Positions 18,862 through 27,694 of a stretch of DNA of 31,954 nucleotides are shown piece after piece. Under the pieces are notes generated by a model. The model ran no database searches. It saw nothing but the letters and a program-made list of their open reading frames with translations, and was not told where the DNA came from. The stretch comes from a virus (lineage: Duplodnaviria; Caudoviricetes). The stretch covers positions 1 through 31,954 of IMG/VR virus record IMGVR_UViG_3300044216_003401; one strand, written 5' to 3'. The translations under genes were made by a program, and so were the position numbers. Every line of letters begins with the position of its first letter. The stretch's first letter is position 1.

Positions 18862-19272
18862 ATGGCAGTTCAAAAAGGTGCAGATTTATTGATGAAACAT
18901 GGATCAGGCAGTCCAGTATCGTATACAACAATTGCTGGTTTGCGTGATACATCAATCAGCATAAGTCAAGGAATTGTTGATGTTACAAATAAAGATGATG
19001 CAAGAGTAAGAAAATTGCTTGCACAAGGCGAAACAAAATCTTTTACAGTTACAGGCTCTGGTATATTTACTGATGCATCTGTTGAAGCTTTAGTTTTAAC
19101 AAATTTTGATGATGCAACATTAGATAGTTATCAGTTCCTTGTTCCTGATTTTTATACCTTTACAGGCAAATTTCAAGTTACCAGTATAGAATATTCAGGA
19201 TCGTATAACGGTGCTGTAGAGTATTCTATGACTTTTGAATCAGCAGATACCATAACATTGGCAACTGTATAA
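18862..19272 (+). CDS. Major tail tube protein (TP901-1/GTA-like)
   Basis: QKG.DLL.K, TIAGLR, VDVTNKD, VTGSGIF, VPDF.TFTG.F, YSMTFESA. Confidence 0.92.
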   Translation: MAVQKGADLLMKHGSGSPVSYTTIAGLRDTSISISQGIVDVTNKDDARVRKLLAQGETKSFTVTGSGIFTDASVEALVLTNFDDATLDSYQFLVPDFYTFTGKFQVTSIEYSGSYNGAVEYSMTFESADTITLATV

Positions 19273-19273
19273 T

Positions 19274-19531
19274 ATGTTTGACGATAAAGTCAAAATTGGT
19301 AAAAAAAATCATGATGCTAAAGTACAAGATTTTCATCACCAGCTAGAGGTAGAAATGGCTCATTTTGAAAAATGGGATTCTGTCAAATCTATTGTAATTG
19401 ATGATGATAATTATAGTGTTGTTTGGTCAACAAATGTTGGAAATAGAAATGAAATTGTTAAAATGATAGTTGAAAAAACTGGAGTGAAAAATGAGCAACA
19501 AGTTCAGAGCAGAAAAGACAATAACGGTTGA
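19274..19531 (+). CDS. Hypothetical protein
   Basis: 85-aa ORF tightly packed between the tail tube and chaperone genes. Confidence 0.65.
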   Translation: MFDDKVKIGKKNHDAKVQDFHHQLEVEMAHFEKWDSVKSIVIDDDNYSVVWSTNVGNRNEIVKMIVEKTGVKNEQQVQSRKDNNG

Positions 19532-19838
19532 AGATAAAGAGTATACAGCAAAGATGTCGCTGGATACTTGTGCTAGAATTGAATCGACAATTAATTGTTC
19601 TTTATTAAAATTAGCAAACAGACTTTCACAAGCAGATATATTGATTGAAGAAGTAATACAATTTTTATATATATCATTCAGGGCTAGTGGTAAAGATGTC
19701 AAAACATCAGAAATTAAACAACTGGTTGCTAAATTAGGATATGCTGATTCAATTAAATTAGTTGGTGAATTACTAACATTAGCTTTAGATGCTGGTACAG
19801 AAGATTCAGAAGATACAGACGAAAAAAAAAATTCGTAG
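19491..19838 (+). CDS. Tail assembly chaperone (G-type, GTA gp10-like)
   Basis: SD GGAG, N.FRAE start, ends in EKKNS over an A10 run, lies between the tail tube and tape measure genes. Confidence 0.85.
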   Translation: MSNKFRAEKTITVEDKEYTAKMSLDTCARIESTINCSLLKLANRLSQADILIEEVIQFLYISFRASGKDVKTSEIKQLVAKLGYADSIKLVGELLTLALDAGTEDSEDTDEKKNS

Positions 19839-20056
19839 AAATTGATGAATCAAAAGGTCTACCTTATGAAAGGTGGATTGAAATATGTCAAGGTATGATC
19901 GGAATACCAAGTCAAGATTTTTGGCAAATGTCAGTATTTGAGGTATCATTAGCGATAAAGGGTTTATCAGAATTTAATAGTGGTAAAAAGTCAAGTAATG
20001 AGCCAATGACACTTGACAGGATAGAAAAGCTGAAGGAGAGGTATCCTGACATATAA
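19829..20056 (+). CDS. Tail assembly chaperone extension (T-type) reached by -1 frameshift (not in the track)
   Basis: The -1 frame is open from the A-run to TAA at 20054-20056 and reads ...GMIGIPSQDFWQMSVFE...EKLKERYPDI. Slippery A_AAA_AAT at 19826-19832. Confidence 0.85.
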   Translation, partial: KFVEIDESKGLPYERWIEICQGMIGIPSQDFWQMSVFEVSLAIKGLSEFNSGKKSSNEPMTLDRIEKLKERYPDI

Positions 20057-21837
20057 TGGCAACAGAACTTGATAAATTAGTTGTAAAAATTGAAGCAGAT
20101 TTAAGAGATTTAAAAAAAGGTCTTAATAATGCTACATCACAAGTCAATAGCTCTACCTCAAAAATGGGTAAGAGTTTCAATAAACTCAATCAATCAATTT
20201 TACATGTAGGAAAAAGGGTAACGCAATTAGGTGCAATTGCTGGTGTTACCTTTGGCACAATATTTACAAAAAATATTATTTCTGCTGGAATCCAAATGGA
20301 AGAACTTGCTTTACGAATGGGAATTATGTTTGGAAATGTAGAAGAAGGTAATAAGGCATTTAAAATTTTAACACAGTTTGCTGCAAGAGTTCCTTTTTCA
20401 CTTGAAGAAATATTACGAGGTTCAGGTTCATTATTAGCAATAAGCGAAAGTGCAGAAGAACTAGGCAAGAATTTAGAAATCGTTGGTAATTTAGCAGCGA
20501 CCTCGACATTACCATTTCAAACAGCGGCTGAACAATTTCAAAGAGTGGCAAGTGCTGGTATTGGAGCCGCAGAACTATTAAAAGATCGAGGTATTGCAGA
20601 ATTATTAGGTTTTGAAGCTGGTGTATCTGTAACAGCAGAAAAATCAGTCAAGATTTTTGAAGAAGCATTTGGTGAAGGTGGGCGATTTGCTGATTCTACA
20701 CAAAAAATGGCAGGGACATTAAGAGGTGTATTTTCACAAGTGCAAGATTCATTATTTAAATTCGAAAGTGCTGTTGGTGGTGCATTTATTCCAAGATTGA
20801 CTGCTCATTTTGGTGATCTGGTTAAAGTATTACAAGAGAACGAAGAAGAAATCAAAAGGATAGGAGAAGAAATTGGAACTGCAATGGCTGACGGTGTAAA
20901 GTTTTTAGTTGAAAATCGAGAAGCAATTGTATTTGCCTTGAAAGCACTTGGTGTTGCAGCACTTGCGTCGGCGGTAAACTTTGCAACATTTGGTGTTGCA
21001 ACAAAAGCAGTAGCAGTTGGTCTTAATCTTATAGGAAAACACCCAGCTTTAAAATTACTAGGTGCATTAGGTCTTGCAACAACAATATCATCTTCTGCAA
21101 TGAATCATTTTGAAAAAGAACTTGAAGATGTAAATAAAAAAATAGAAGATCAAACAAAAAAACTGAAAAAAAATAATGATGCCTTACGAATTACAATTAA
21201 AAGTGTAAATAAAGCATCAGAAACGGTATCAGCACAAACCAAAGAAATCGTAGAGGGAATTATTGATATTGTAAATAAAGCAGGAGATGCATTAAGTAGA
21301 TCAGTTGCAAAAGCAGTTGTTGCTGGTCAAAGTTTACGAGATACTTTTAGAGATGTATTTAGAACTATTATAGAAGAAATTATTGCGTTAACAATTAGAA
21401 TACTTGTTCTTGAACCTATCTTAAAAAGATTTGAAGAAACATTACGAAGAATTTTTAATATGGAAAAAGAAAAAGGTGGAAAAAAATCTACTGGTGATCG
21501 ATTTAAAGATTTAGCTTTTCAAGTTGCAGGTTCATTAATTACTGGAAATTTTGGTGGTGGTTTAGCAAATGGTGGAATGGTTGCACCGAACACACCATAT
21601 TTAGTTGGAGAACGAGGTGCTGAACTTTTTGTTCCAAGTTCTTCTGGACAAGTAGTACCAAATGGTGGATTTGGGGGAGTAACTGTAAATCAATCAATCA
21701 ATGTATCAACTGGTATTTCTCAAACAGTACGAGCAGAAATAATGAATATGTTACCGTTAATTAAAGGAGAAACCATAAATGCTGTTGCAGAAACAAGACG
21801 CAGAGGTGGGTCATTTGCTAGGACATTTGGAGCTTAA
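20056..21837 (+). CDS. Tape measure protein
   Basis: LVVKIEAD start, FAARVPFSLEE tape-measure motif, Ala/Gly-rich helices, ANGG.V...YLVGERGAELFVP near the C-terminus. Confidence 0.93.
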   Translation: MATELDKLVVKIEADLRDLKKGLNNATSQVNSSTSKMGKSFNKLNQSILHVGKRVTQLGAIAGVTFGTIFTKNIISAGIQMEELALRMGIMFGNVEEGNKAFKILTQFAARVPFSLEEILRGSGSLLAISESAEELGKNLEIVGNLAATSTLPFQTAAEQFQRVASAGIGAAELLKDRGIAELLGFEAGVSVTAEKSVKIFEEAFGEGGRFADSTQKMAGTLRGVFSQVQDSLFKFESAVGGAFIPRLTAHFGDLVKVLQENEEEIKRIGEEIGTAMADGVKFLVENREAIVFALKALGVAALASAVNFATFGVATKAVAVGLNLIGKHPALKLLGALGLATTISSSAMNHFEKELEDVNKKIEDQTKKLKKNNDALRITIKSVNKASETVSAQTKEIVEGIIDIVNKAGDALSRSVAKAVVAGQSLRDTFRDVFRTIIEEIIALTIRILVLEPILKRFEETLRRIFNMEKEKGGKKSTGDRFKDLAFQVAGSLITGNFGGGLANGGMVAPNTPYLVGERGAELFVPSSSGQVVPNGGFGGVTVNQSINVSTGISQTVRAEIMNMLPLIKGETINAVAETRRRGGSFARTFGA

Positions 21838-21839
21838 AA

Positions 21840-22463
21840 ATGGCAGAACCTAGTTACCCATTGACCATGCCAACAAATGTAAATTTTAAAACTTCAAACT
21901 GGAGTTTACTTTCAACAGTTGCACAAACAATAAGTCCATTTACTTATGCTCAAACTGTTCACGAATTTGAGGGTTCTGTTTGGCAAGCTACTTTGACATT
22001 GCCACCATTAAACAGAGAACAAGCTTCAGAATGGCAGGCATTTCTTACTCAATTACATGGTACAAAAGGAACATTTTTAATGGGAGATCCAGATGCAAAA
22101 ACACCAAGAGGTGCGATTACAAATACAATTGCAGTAAATGGTGCTCATACAGTTGGAGCATTTGATGTCGTTATTGACGGTGCTGATACATCTGAAACCA
22201 TATTTAAAAAAGGTGATTTTGTACAATTTAATTCTGCTGGTACTTCACAATTACACATGATTGTTGCTGATATTACTTCAGACGGATCAGGAAATGCCAC
22301 ATTACAAATTGAGCCAAAATTAAAAGTTGCTTTATCAGATGATGCAACAATTACTTATTCAAGTCCAAAAGGTGTGTTTAGATTACAAAGTAACGAAATA
22401 TCATGGAACGCAAACGAGGTTTCTGTTTATGGCATATCATTTGCAGTTGTTCAAGCTTTATAG
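21840..22463 (+). CDS. Distal tail (Dit-like) protein
   Basis: Follows the tape measure gene. SPFT...WQATLTLPP...WQAFL..L.G pattern. Confidence 0.75.
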   Translation: MAEPSYPLTMPTNVNFKTSNWSLLSTVAQTISPFTYAQTVHEFEGSVWQATLTLPPLNREQASEWQAFLTQLHGTKGTFLMGDPDAKTPRGAITNTIAVNGAHTVGAFDVVIDGADTSETIFKKGDFVQFNSAGTSQLHMIVADITSDGSGNATLQIEPKLKVALSDDATITYSSPKGVFRLQSNEISWNANEVSVYGISFAVVQAL

Positions 22464-22470
22464 GTGAAAT

Positions 22471-22974
22471 ATGTATACTTTTCTATATTGGATTACATTG
22501 ATAATACTTGGACTGACATTAAGTCAATTTGTTTATTCAGCCGACAGTACAGTTAATTATAAAAATCAACCGCCACCAAGTGCAATATCGCCTTCGCCAA
22601 GTATTGGTTCTGGATCTGATGTTTGCGTTGTTGTAAGAAGTGGGGCAATACAAAGTTCTGTTATTGGAATATCTGGTGGTACGCATGTCATTGATAAAAA
22701 CTGCATAATGTTGAAAAATGCAAGAATGTTAGCATCTCTCGGCTTAAAGGTATCTGCAACGGCTCTAATGTGCGAAAATAAGGCTGTTTGGCGAGCAATG
22801 ATCATGTCAGGTACACCTTGTCCAATATACGGTAAAATTGGCTCTGAAGCCCTAACAGAATACATTAAAATTGGTAGATTAAATGAAAATGGCACAATTA
22901 ATGAAAGCTGGAATCCTATGCGTATTAATATCAGGAACGGCGATCGCAGAAACTACGGACAACCTGTTAATTAA
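22471..22974 (+). CDS. Secreted or membrane-anchored Cys-containing protein of unknown function
   Basis: Hydrophobic signal-like N-terminus, PPPSAISP, four cysteines (DVC, KNC, LMC, TPCP). Confidence 0.8.
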   Translation: MYTFLYWITLIILGLTLSQFVYSADSTVNYKNQPPPSAISPSPSIGSGSDVCVVVRSGAIQSSVIGISGGTHVIDKNCIMLKNARMLASLGLKVSATALMCENKAVWRAMIMSGTPCPIYGKIGSEALTEYIKIGRLNENGTINESWNPMRINIRNGDRRNYGQPVN

Positions 22975-24265
22975 TGGTAATTTTTCTGATTCCTTAAATG
23001 ACTGGACTGTTGAAGATTCTAGTAAAATAAAGCATGATAATAATTGTTATGCTGGTGGAACTGATGCATCTGGTTTATGTAAATCAGTTCGTTGGTCAAG
23101 TAATCTAGGAAAAACTATATCACAAACAATTAATAATCTTGAATCTGGTTACGATATAACTGGTATAAATGTATCTTTTACAGCATTAGGTTGTAATAAC
23201 GAGGCAAATTCAAGCACATGGTGTTCACAAGGTACAGATTACGACAAAGTACAAACAACAATTCAACTTTATGACGGATCAAAAACAGAAACTTTATACC
23301 TTGAACAAATACTTGATTATAATGACGGAACACAAAATTATGATCTATCAACACAAACACTTGATACATGGACAACAGATAATTTAAATATTGATTTTTC
23401 TATAACTGGAATTGATACTGGTAATTGGTCAGGTTGGTATGCACCGATTGTAGACAATATAAATTTAAGTATGGATATAACTGAAACTGTAATTCCAGAA
23501 CCAGTTATTCAAAGTCAAAGTATTATTACCGAACCAATAGAAGAAATTGAAGTAATTGAAACAGTAGAAAATTCAATTATTTCTTCAATTGATTTAGAAA
23601 CTTCTGTTTTAAATGATGTTATTCTGGAAATACCAGAAATACCAGAATTACCAGAGATTGAAATAATTGAGGTTGCAGTTGTTGATGAGATACCAGAGAT
23701 TAATGAATCTATTGAAATACAAGAAACCCCTGAAATAGATGTACCAGTTATAAATACTGTTGAAGAATTGACAGTTGTTGAAGATATTGAAGTTATTGAA
23801 GAAGTTACTGAAATTGAAGAAATTACTGAAATTGAAGATATTACAGAACAAGAAAATACAGAAGATACAAAAGAGGAGTCAGAACAGTTGGTTGAAACAA
23901 CTGTTGATGAAGATTTGGCAGAATCAAACGAGAAAAAACCAGAAGAATCAAAATCAAAAAAAGATAGTAAAAAACAACAAAAACAGCAGAATGTAACAAA
24001 AATAAAGCCAAAAATAGAAAAAAATAAAGCAAAAAATGTAGAAATACCTGTTGTTTATACCTTGCTTACAATTCAAGAACCGATTAAAATTATTGAAACT
24101 ATAAAATTAGTTGAGGTTATATCTTATGAACAAGACATTACAGATTACACCAGCAATGATGCTTGGGATAATCTTAACAATAGCACCAATGATCGTTGGC
24201 TCAATCTGGACAGCATCAAACCTTTATTCACGTTTAGAGGTTACAGAAAAGATAGCATCAAATAA
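22901..24265 (+). CDS. Secreted protein with a beta-sandwich-like domain and long acidic stalk
   Basis: MKAGILCVLISGTAIA signal peptide, NLLINGNF...W, four further cysteines, E/I/P/V low-complexity stretch, then a basic stretch. The track start is 22883. Confidence 0.8.
   Translation: MKAGILCVLISGTAIAETTDNLLINGNFSDSLNDWTVEDSSKIKHDNNCYAGGTDASGLCKSVRWSSNLGKTISQTINNLESGYDITGINVSFTALGCNNEANSSTWCSQGTDYDKVQTTIQLYDGSKTETLYLEQILDYNDGTQNYDLSTQTLDTWTTDNLNIDFSITGIDTGNWSGWYAPIVDNINLSMDITETVIPEPVIQSQSIITEPIEEIEVIETVENSIISSIDLETSVLNDVILEIPEIPELPEIEIIEVAVVDEIPEINESIEIQETPEIDVPVINTVEELTVVEDIEVIEEVTEIEEITEIEDITEQENTEDTKEESEQLVETTVDEDLAESNEKKPEESKSKKDSKKQQKQQNVTKIKPKIEKNKAKNVEIPVVYTLLTIQEPIKIIETIKLVEVISYEQDITDYTSNDAWDNLNNSTNDRWLNLDSIKPLFTFRGYRKDSIK
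23627..23848 (+). repeat. Short intragenic 9-bp and 18-bp repeats in the acidic stalk
   Basis: GAAATACCA x2 plus GAATTACCA at about 23627. Three GAAGAARTTACTGAAATT-like units at 23798-23848. Confidence 0.7.
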
Positions 24266-24476
24266 TGTTGATGCAATAGCCAATTTTCAAGAAACAGATA
24301 CAAGTCAATTACAAGAACGAATTGCAAAATTGGAAGCACAAATAAATTCAATCGAACAAACAACAAGTCTTATCAATGAAAAAATCAATGATACAGAAAG
24401 TTCAATAACAATTTGGGCAGAAAAAGAATTTAAAAAATTATATGATATCGTTAATAAAAATCCATTAAGCCAATAA
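24126..24476 (+). CDS. N-terminal TM plus coiled-coil protein (i-spanin-like architecture)
   Basis: SD GAGG, ATG at 24126, TM AMMLGIILTIAPMIVGSIW, heptads LQERIAKLEAQINSIE. Confidence 0.75.
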   Translation: MNKTLQITPAMMLGIILTIAPMIVGSIWTASNLYSRLEVTEKIASNNVDAIANFQETDTSQLQERIAKLEAQINSIEQTTSLINEKINDTESSITIWAEKEFKKLYDIVNKNPLSQ

Positions 24477-24477
24477 A

Positions 24478-24678
24478 ATGACAAATCAAGAAACAGAGTG
24501 CCTTAAAAGACTTGAAGAAAAGCTAGATCACATTCATGCTGATGTTGAAAAAAATGCACAAGAAATTTCTAAACTTAAAGCAGATATTAATATGGGTAAA
24601 GGTGCTGTAAAAGCATTAGTTTGGGTTGGTAGTATTTTAACAATTCTTTTTGGATTATTTAATTGGAGTATGAAATGA
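24478..24678 (+). CDS. Small coiled-coil plus C-terminal TM protein (XhlA/holin-like)
   Basis: RLEEKLD...INMGKGA followed by a hydrophobic helix. Confidence 0.75.
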   Translation: MTNQETECLKRLEEKLDHIHADVEKNAQEISKLKADINMGKGAVKALVWVGSILTILFGLFNWSMK

Positions 24679-25052
24679 TTGGACTTATTGTAAATGGTTT
24701 ATCAAAGGCAGTTGGTGGTTATTTTGAACATTCAGCAAAAAAACAAAGAGCAAAATCTGATCTTAAAATTGCAGAGATTGAAGCAAAAACAGCAGTCAAG
24801 AAAAAGATTGCCGAAGGTAAAGTCGAGTGGGAGAACACAATGGCTGATGCTACTAAAGACAGCCTGAAAGATGAAGCATGGACTGCATGTTTTATAATTT
24901 TAATAATTGCGGCCTTCATACCAGACTTACAACCACATGTAGCTAAAGGTATTCAGTTTTTAGCAACTTTTCCTGAATGGTTACAGTGGTCAATTTTGGC
25001 TAGTATCGGAGCGAGTTTTGGCCTTAAGAGTATTGGTAAATTTAAATCGTGA
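24675..25052 (+). CDS. Putative holin
   Basis: ATGA overlap, SLKDEAW followed by TM helices, PEWLQW...ASFG.K. Confidence 0.7.
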   Translation: MIGLIVNGLSKAVGGYFEHSAKKQRAKSDLKIAEIEAKTAVKKKIAEGKVEWENTMADATKDSLKDEAWTACFIILIIAAFIPDLQPHVAKGIQFLATFPEWLQWSILASIGASFGLKSIGKFKS

Positions 25053-25062
25053 GGTATTTATA

Positions 25063-25176
25063 ATGAAATTACTTGATAAAACATTTAATTATTTTGAAGA
25101 TAACGGAAAAGAATTACTTAAATTTGCTATAAAAGCATCTGTTATAAGTTTATTCTGGATTATTCTGGTCGCTTAA
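25063..25176 (+). CDS. 37-aa protein with a C-terminal TM (not in the track)
   Basis: SD GAGGT. MKLLDKTFNYFEDNGKELLKFAIKASVISLFWIILVA. Confidence 0.55.
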   Translation: MKLLDKTFNYFEDNGKELLKFAIKASVISLFWIILVA

Positions 25177-25389
25177 TTCAACCTTTTTTTCTTCTTTGTT
25201 TGCTTTTTGAATCTGGATAAAAAAAGATTTAGCTTTTACAAGATTCGAAAGTATTAATATTTGTGTAAATGCTACATCAATATTGTCTTCATCATCTGTT
25301 TGAATTGCTTGATTTATTTTTTTTAATGTGATGTCAATCTGCTCATTAAATTTTTCATTTATTTTATTACCAAAATTTTCTATCGCCAT
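25150..25389 (-). CDS. Hypothetical protein
   Basis: ATG at 25389 after GAGGGG, coupled to the oxygenase stop. The track start is 25407. Confidence 0.7.
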   Translation of the reverse strand: MAIENFGNKINEKFNEQIDITLKKINQAIQTDDEDNIDVAFTQILILSNLVKAKSFFIQIQKANKEEKKVELSDQNNPE

Positions 25390-25967
25390 ACTGTCCCCTC
25401 TGCCCATGCAACAATTGATTTTCGTATACCAGTTGTTACTGGTGTAACCTCGTGATATGTAAAAGGTGTAAATCCTAAAATTGTTAATTCATCAACAGGA
25501 TAATTAACACAGTCATTTTTAGAATATGGATCATAAAATAATAATTTACCACCATTGAATTCATTTGGATTTAGAGTCCAAGATAATGATATTTTTCTAT
25601 GTGAATTTTGTCCTGAACCTATATCCATGTGCATTTTATAAAAATCACCAATATGATATTCACAATATATTATTTCATTTAACCTTGCAATATTGTAATT
25701 AAAGTTCTGATTCATCATAAATATAACTTTTCTTAAAAGATCACCAGTATATGTATTTTGAGCTGGAATAGTATATGCTTTTACTTTTCTTATATGATCT
25801 AAAGAATCATTTACATCAGCAATAATAGGTTTTTTATATTTATTTATATCTTCATTCACAAACAAGTAATCTTCTTCTTCGACTTGAACATTACAAATTC
25901 CATAAGTCGGATCATTGAGTGGTAATTGTTTTCTGAATTCTTTATCTGGTAGAAGTTCAATAGTCAA
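25380..25967 (-). CDS. 2OG-Fe(II) oxygenase (prolyl-4-hydroxylase/PKHD-like)
   Basis: Y..GDFY..HMD, RKISLS..LN, GGKL, HEVTPVT.GIRKSIVAW. The likely start is TTG at 25967 after AGGGAG. Confidence 0.92.
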   Translation of the reverse strand: MTIELLPDKEFRKQLPLNDPTYGICNVQVEEEDYLFVNEDINKYKKPIIADVNDSLDHIRKVKAYTIPAQNTYTGDLLRKVIFMMNQNFNYNIARLNEIIYCEYHIGDFYKMHMDIGSGQNSHRKISLSWTLNPNEFNGGKLLFYDPYSKNDCVNYPVDELTILGFTPFTYHEVTPVTTGIRKSIVAWAEGTVWR

Positions 25968-26012
25968 AAAAATCTCCCTGCTAACGAGAAGTGAATAGTA
26001 ATTAACAGGGAG
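25966..26012 (-). terminator. Terminator-like hairpin between ssb and the oxygenase, containing the oxygenase SD
   Basis: Minus strand CTCCCTGTTAA-17 nt-TTAGCAGGGAG followed by A and T7. Confidence 0.7.
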
Positions 26013-26048
26013 CAAATGCTCGTAGGTCTTATTAACGAGTCCTCAAGG

Positions 26049-26522
26049 TTAAAACGGTATATCATCATCAAATTCGTTCTTTGCCTTTTCTTCAAATTCT
26101 GTAACCTGATTATACTCATTAAAATCAGTTTGTACAATATCCCAGTTTATGACAAATTTACCTGTTTTTGTTTGTCCATTATAACCGAACATTTTACATT
26201 TATCTTTTTCAATATCCTCTTCTTTTCGTGTATCAATCATAATCTCACCAGACCAATCTGTTTTGGATTCTTCTTTACTTTTATTTACAAATCCAACTGA
26301 TTGATATAAACGAAAGTAGGGTTTACCTTTTTGACTGGTATGCTGAATAATAACAAATTTATTACCAAATTCAGTTCCATTATCAATTTTACCTGTTGCA
26401 ATAAGTTGATCTGTATCAAAAGGATCAAAACTACTTCCTCTAATTTTATCACCTTGTTGATTATTATTATCTAGTTCTTGGTCATCATCATGATAAACCG
26501 TTGGTTCTGTTCCATTGCCCAT
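26049..26522 (-). CDS. ssb: Probable single-stranded DNA-binding protein
   Basis: C-terminal FDDDIPF tail, beta-rich body, near ERF. Confidence 0.7.
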   Translation of the reverse strand: MGNGTEPTVYHDDDQELDNNNQQGDKIRGSSFDPFDTDQLIATGKIDNGTEFGNKFVIIQHTSQKGKPYFRLYQSVGFVNKSKEESKTDWSGEIMIDTRKEEDIEKDKCKMFGYNGQTKTGKFVINWDIVQTDFNEYNQVTEFEEKAKNEFDDDIPF

Positions 26523-26532
26523 TTTTCACCTC

Positions 26533-26823
26533 TTATCGTTGATATAAATAATTATCTTCTTCTATTTTCTTTTTTTCATATACAAAAACCATTTTTTTTG
26601 CATCTTCAATTGTATCACAAACTGCCAATCTTTTTCCTACTCTATCAAAATATTCACCATTTTTATCATAAAACCAAACAGAAAAAAGTCGGTATTTTTT
26701 AAAAATACGATATTCTATACCGATAAGATTCTCACTTTTATACAACCAACAAGATTCTCTTTGTTGAGTATAGACATCATATTTTTCATAATACATAAAA
26801 TCAATTTGTGTGCATTGTTCCAT
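26533..26823 (-). CDS. Hypothetical protein
   Basis: 96-aa ORF in the leftward operon. Confidence 0.65.
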   Translation of the reverse strand: MEQCTQIDFMYYEKYDVYTQQRESCWLYKSENLIGIEYRIFKKYRLFSVWFYDKNGEYFDRVGKRLAVCDTIEDAKKMVFVYEKKKIEEDNYLYQR

Positions 26824-27325
26824 TTTTTATTTCTTTTCTTTGTTGATATTCTCTTACTTCTTTATCATTTGCAGTTTTATTTGCGTTGTGTCCGTCATCA
26901 TCTTTTTCAATCGGTAAACTTAATAATTGCATATATAAAGACCTTGTTGCATAGGTCAATGCTGAACGAAGACCTTGTGCTGTTTGTTTTTCAATCTGAA
27001 CTCTTAAAAATGCTTGTTCATATCCCCTTGAAATAGAATGTGTAATTCTCATTCTTGCCAACAATACATGTTGGTCTTCTGTTGGTTCTTGTGTAACAGT
27101 AGACAGTAAATTATGTTTTAAAAGAATCGGTTCAACTTCCTGAAATAATTTTTCCAATGAAATATATGAATGGTCATATAAACCTTTTTTATCAGTATTT
27201 AGATTGAATTCAGATTTTTCATCTTTAATTTTATTATGAATTTCTGTTCTTGCATCAACTAATGCTGTTAGATGAAGGGTAGTCATATCTTGCAGATATT
27301 TATCTGCTGGTGTTTCTTGGCTCAT
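26801..27325 (-). CDS. erf: ERF-family ssDNA-annealing protein
   Basis: Y.SLE......EPIL.KHNL...Q, ITH, AQGLRSALTYATR, DDDG. Confidence 0.85.
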   Translation of the reverse strand: MSQETPADKYLQDMTTLHLTALVDARTEIHNKIKDEKSEFNLNTDKKGLYDHSYISLEKLFQEVEPILLKHNLLSTVTQEPTEDQHVLLARMRITHSISRGYEQAFLRVQIEKQTAQGLRSALTYATRSLYMQLLSLPIEKDDDGHNANKTANDKEVREYQQRKEIKNGTMHTN

Positions 27326-27603
27326 TGTAATCTCCTATTTAGTAAATTGATTAATTTTAATTGATCTGATTCTTTAATCTTAATGAATCTATCACATCTG
27401 ATAAACTGATTTGTCAAAAAATCAAGTAAGTCAATTATACAAAGTTCTTTTTGTTCCTCATATAGTTCATTTAGAGGATTTGGATTATTTAAATAATCAA
27501 TAATGAAAGTTCTATATTCTTCAATATCGGTCATATATTGATAATATTCCTTCCAATCATCATCAGGTTTAAACAAAAATTTACTTATATCTATAATTGC
27601 CAT
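27322..27603 (-). CDS. Hypothetical protein, first gene of the leftward arm
   Basis: SD GGAG, 93 aa, ATGA overlap with erf, no HTH recognised. Confidence 0.7.
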   Translation of the reverse strand: MAIIDISKFLFKPDDDWKEYYQYMTDIEEYRTFIIDYLNNPNPLNELYEEQKELCIIDLLDFLTNQFIRCDRFIKIKESDQLKLINLLNRRLQ

Positions 27604-27694
27604 ATCTCCATTATAATTATAATATAATCAAAATCAAGAATTATTTACATTTTAAATATAATGGTATATTATTAACTAAAAAAAGGAGTTATCT
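27604..27694. promoter_or_regulatory. Divergent promoter region with two 19-bp palindrome copies
   Basis: Rightward TTTACA(27644)-17 bp-TATTAT. Palindromes at 27610-27628 and 27644-27662. Confidence 0.7.

Noticed and set aside
16975-21837. Gene transfer agent cluster
   Set aside because: The tail genes are GTA-like, but the element has its own replication and recombination genes, circularises, and has no host flanks.
23627-23848. CRISPR-like or non-coding repeat array
   Set aside because: The repeats are 9 or 18 bp, in frame, lack unique spacers and are explained by low-complexity protein sequence.
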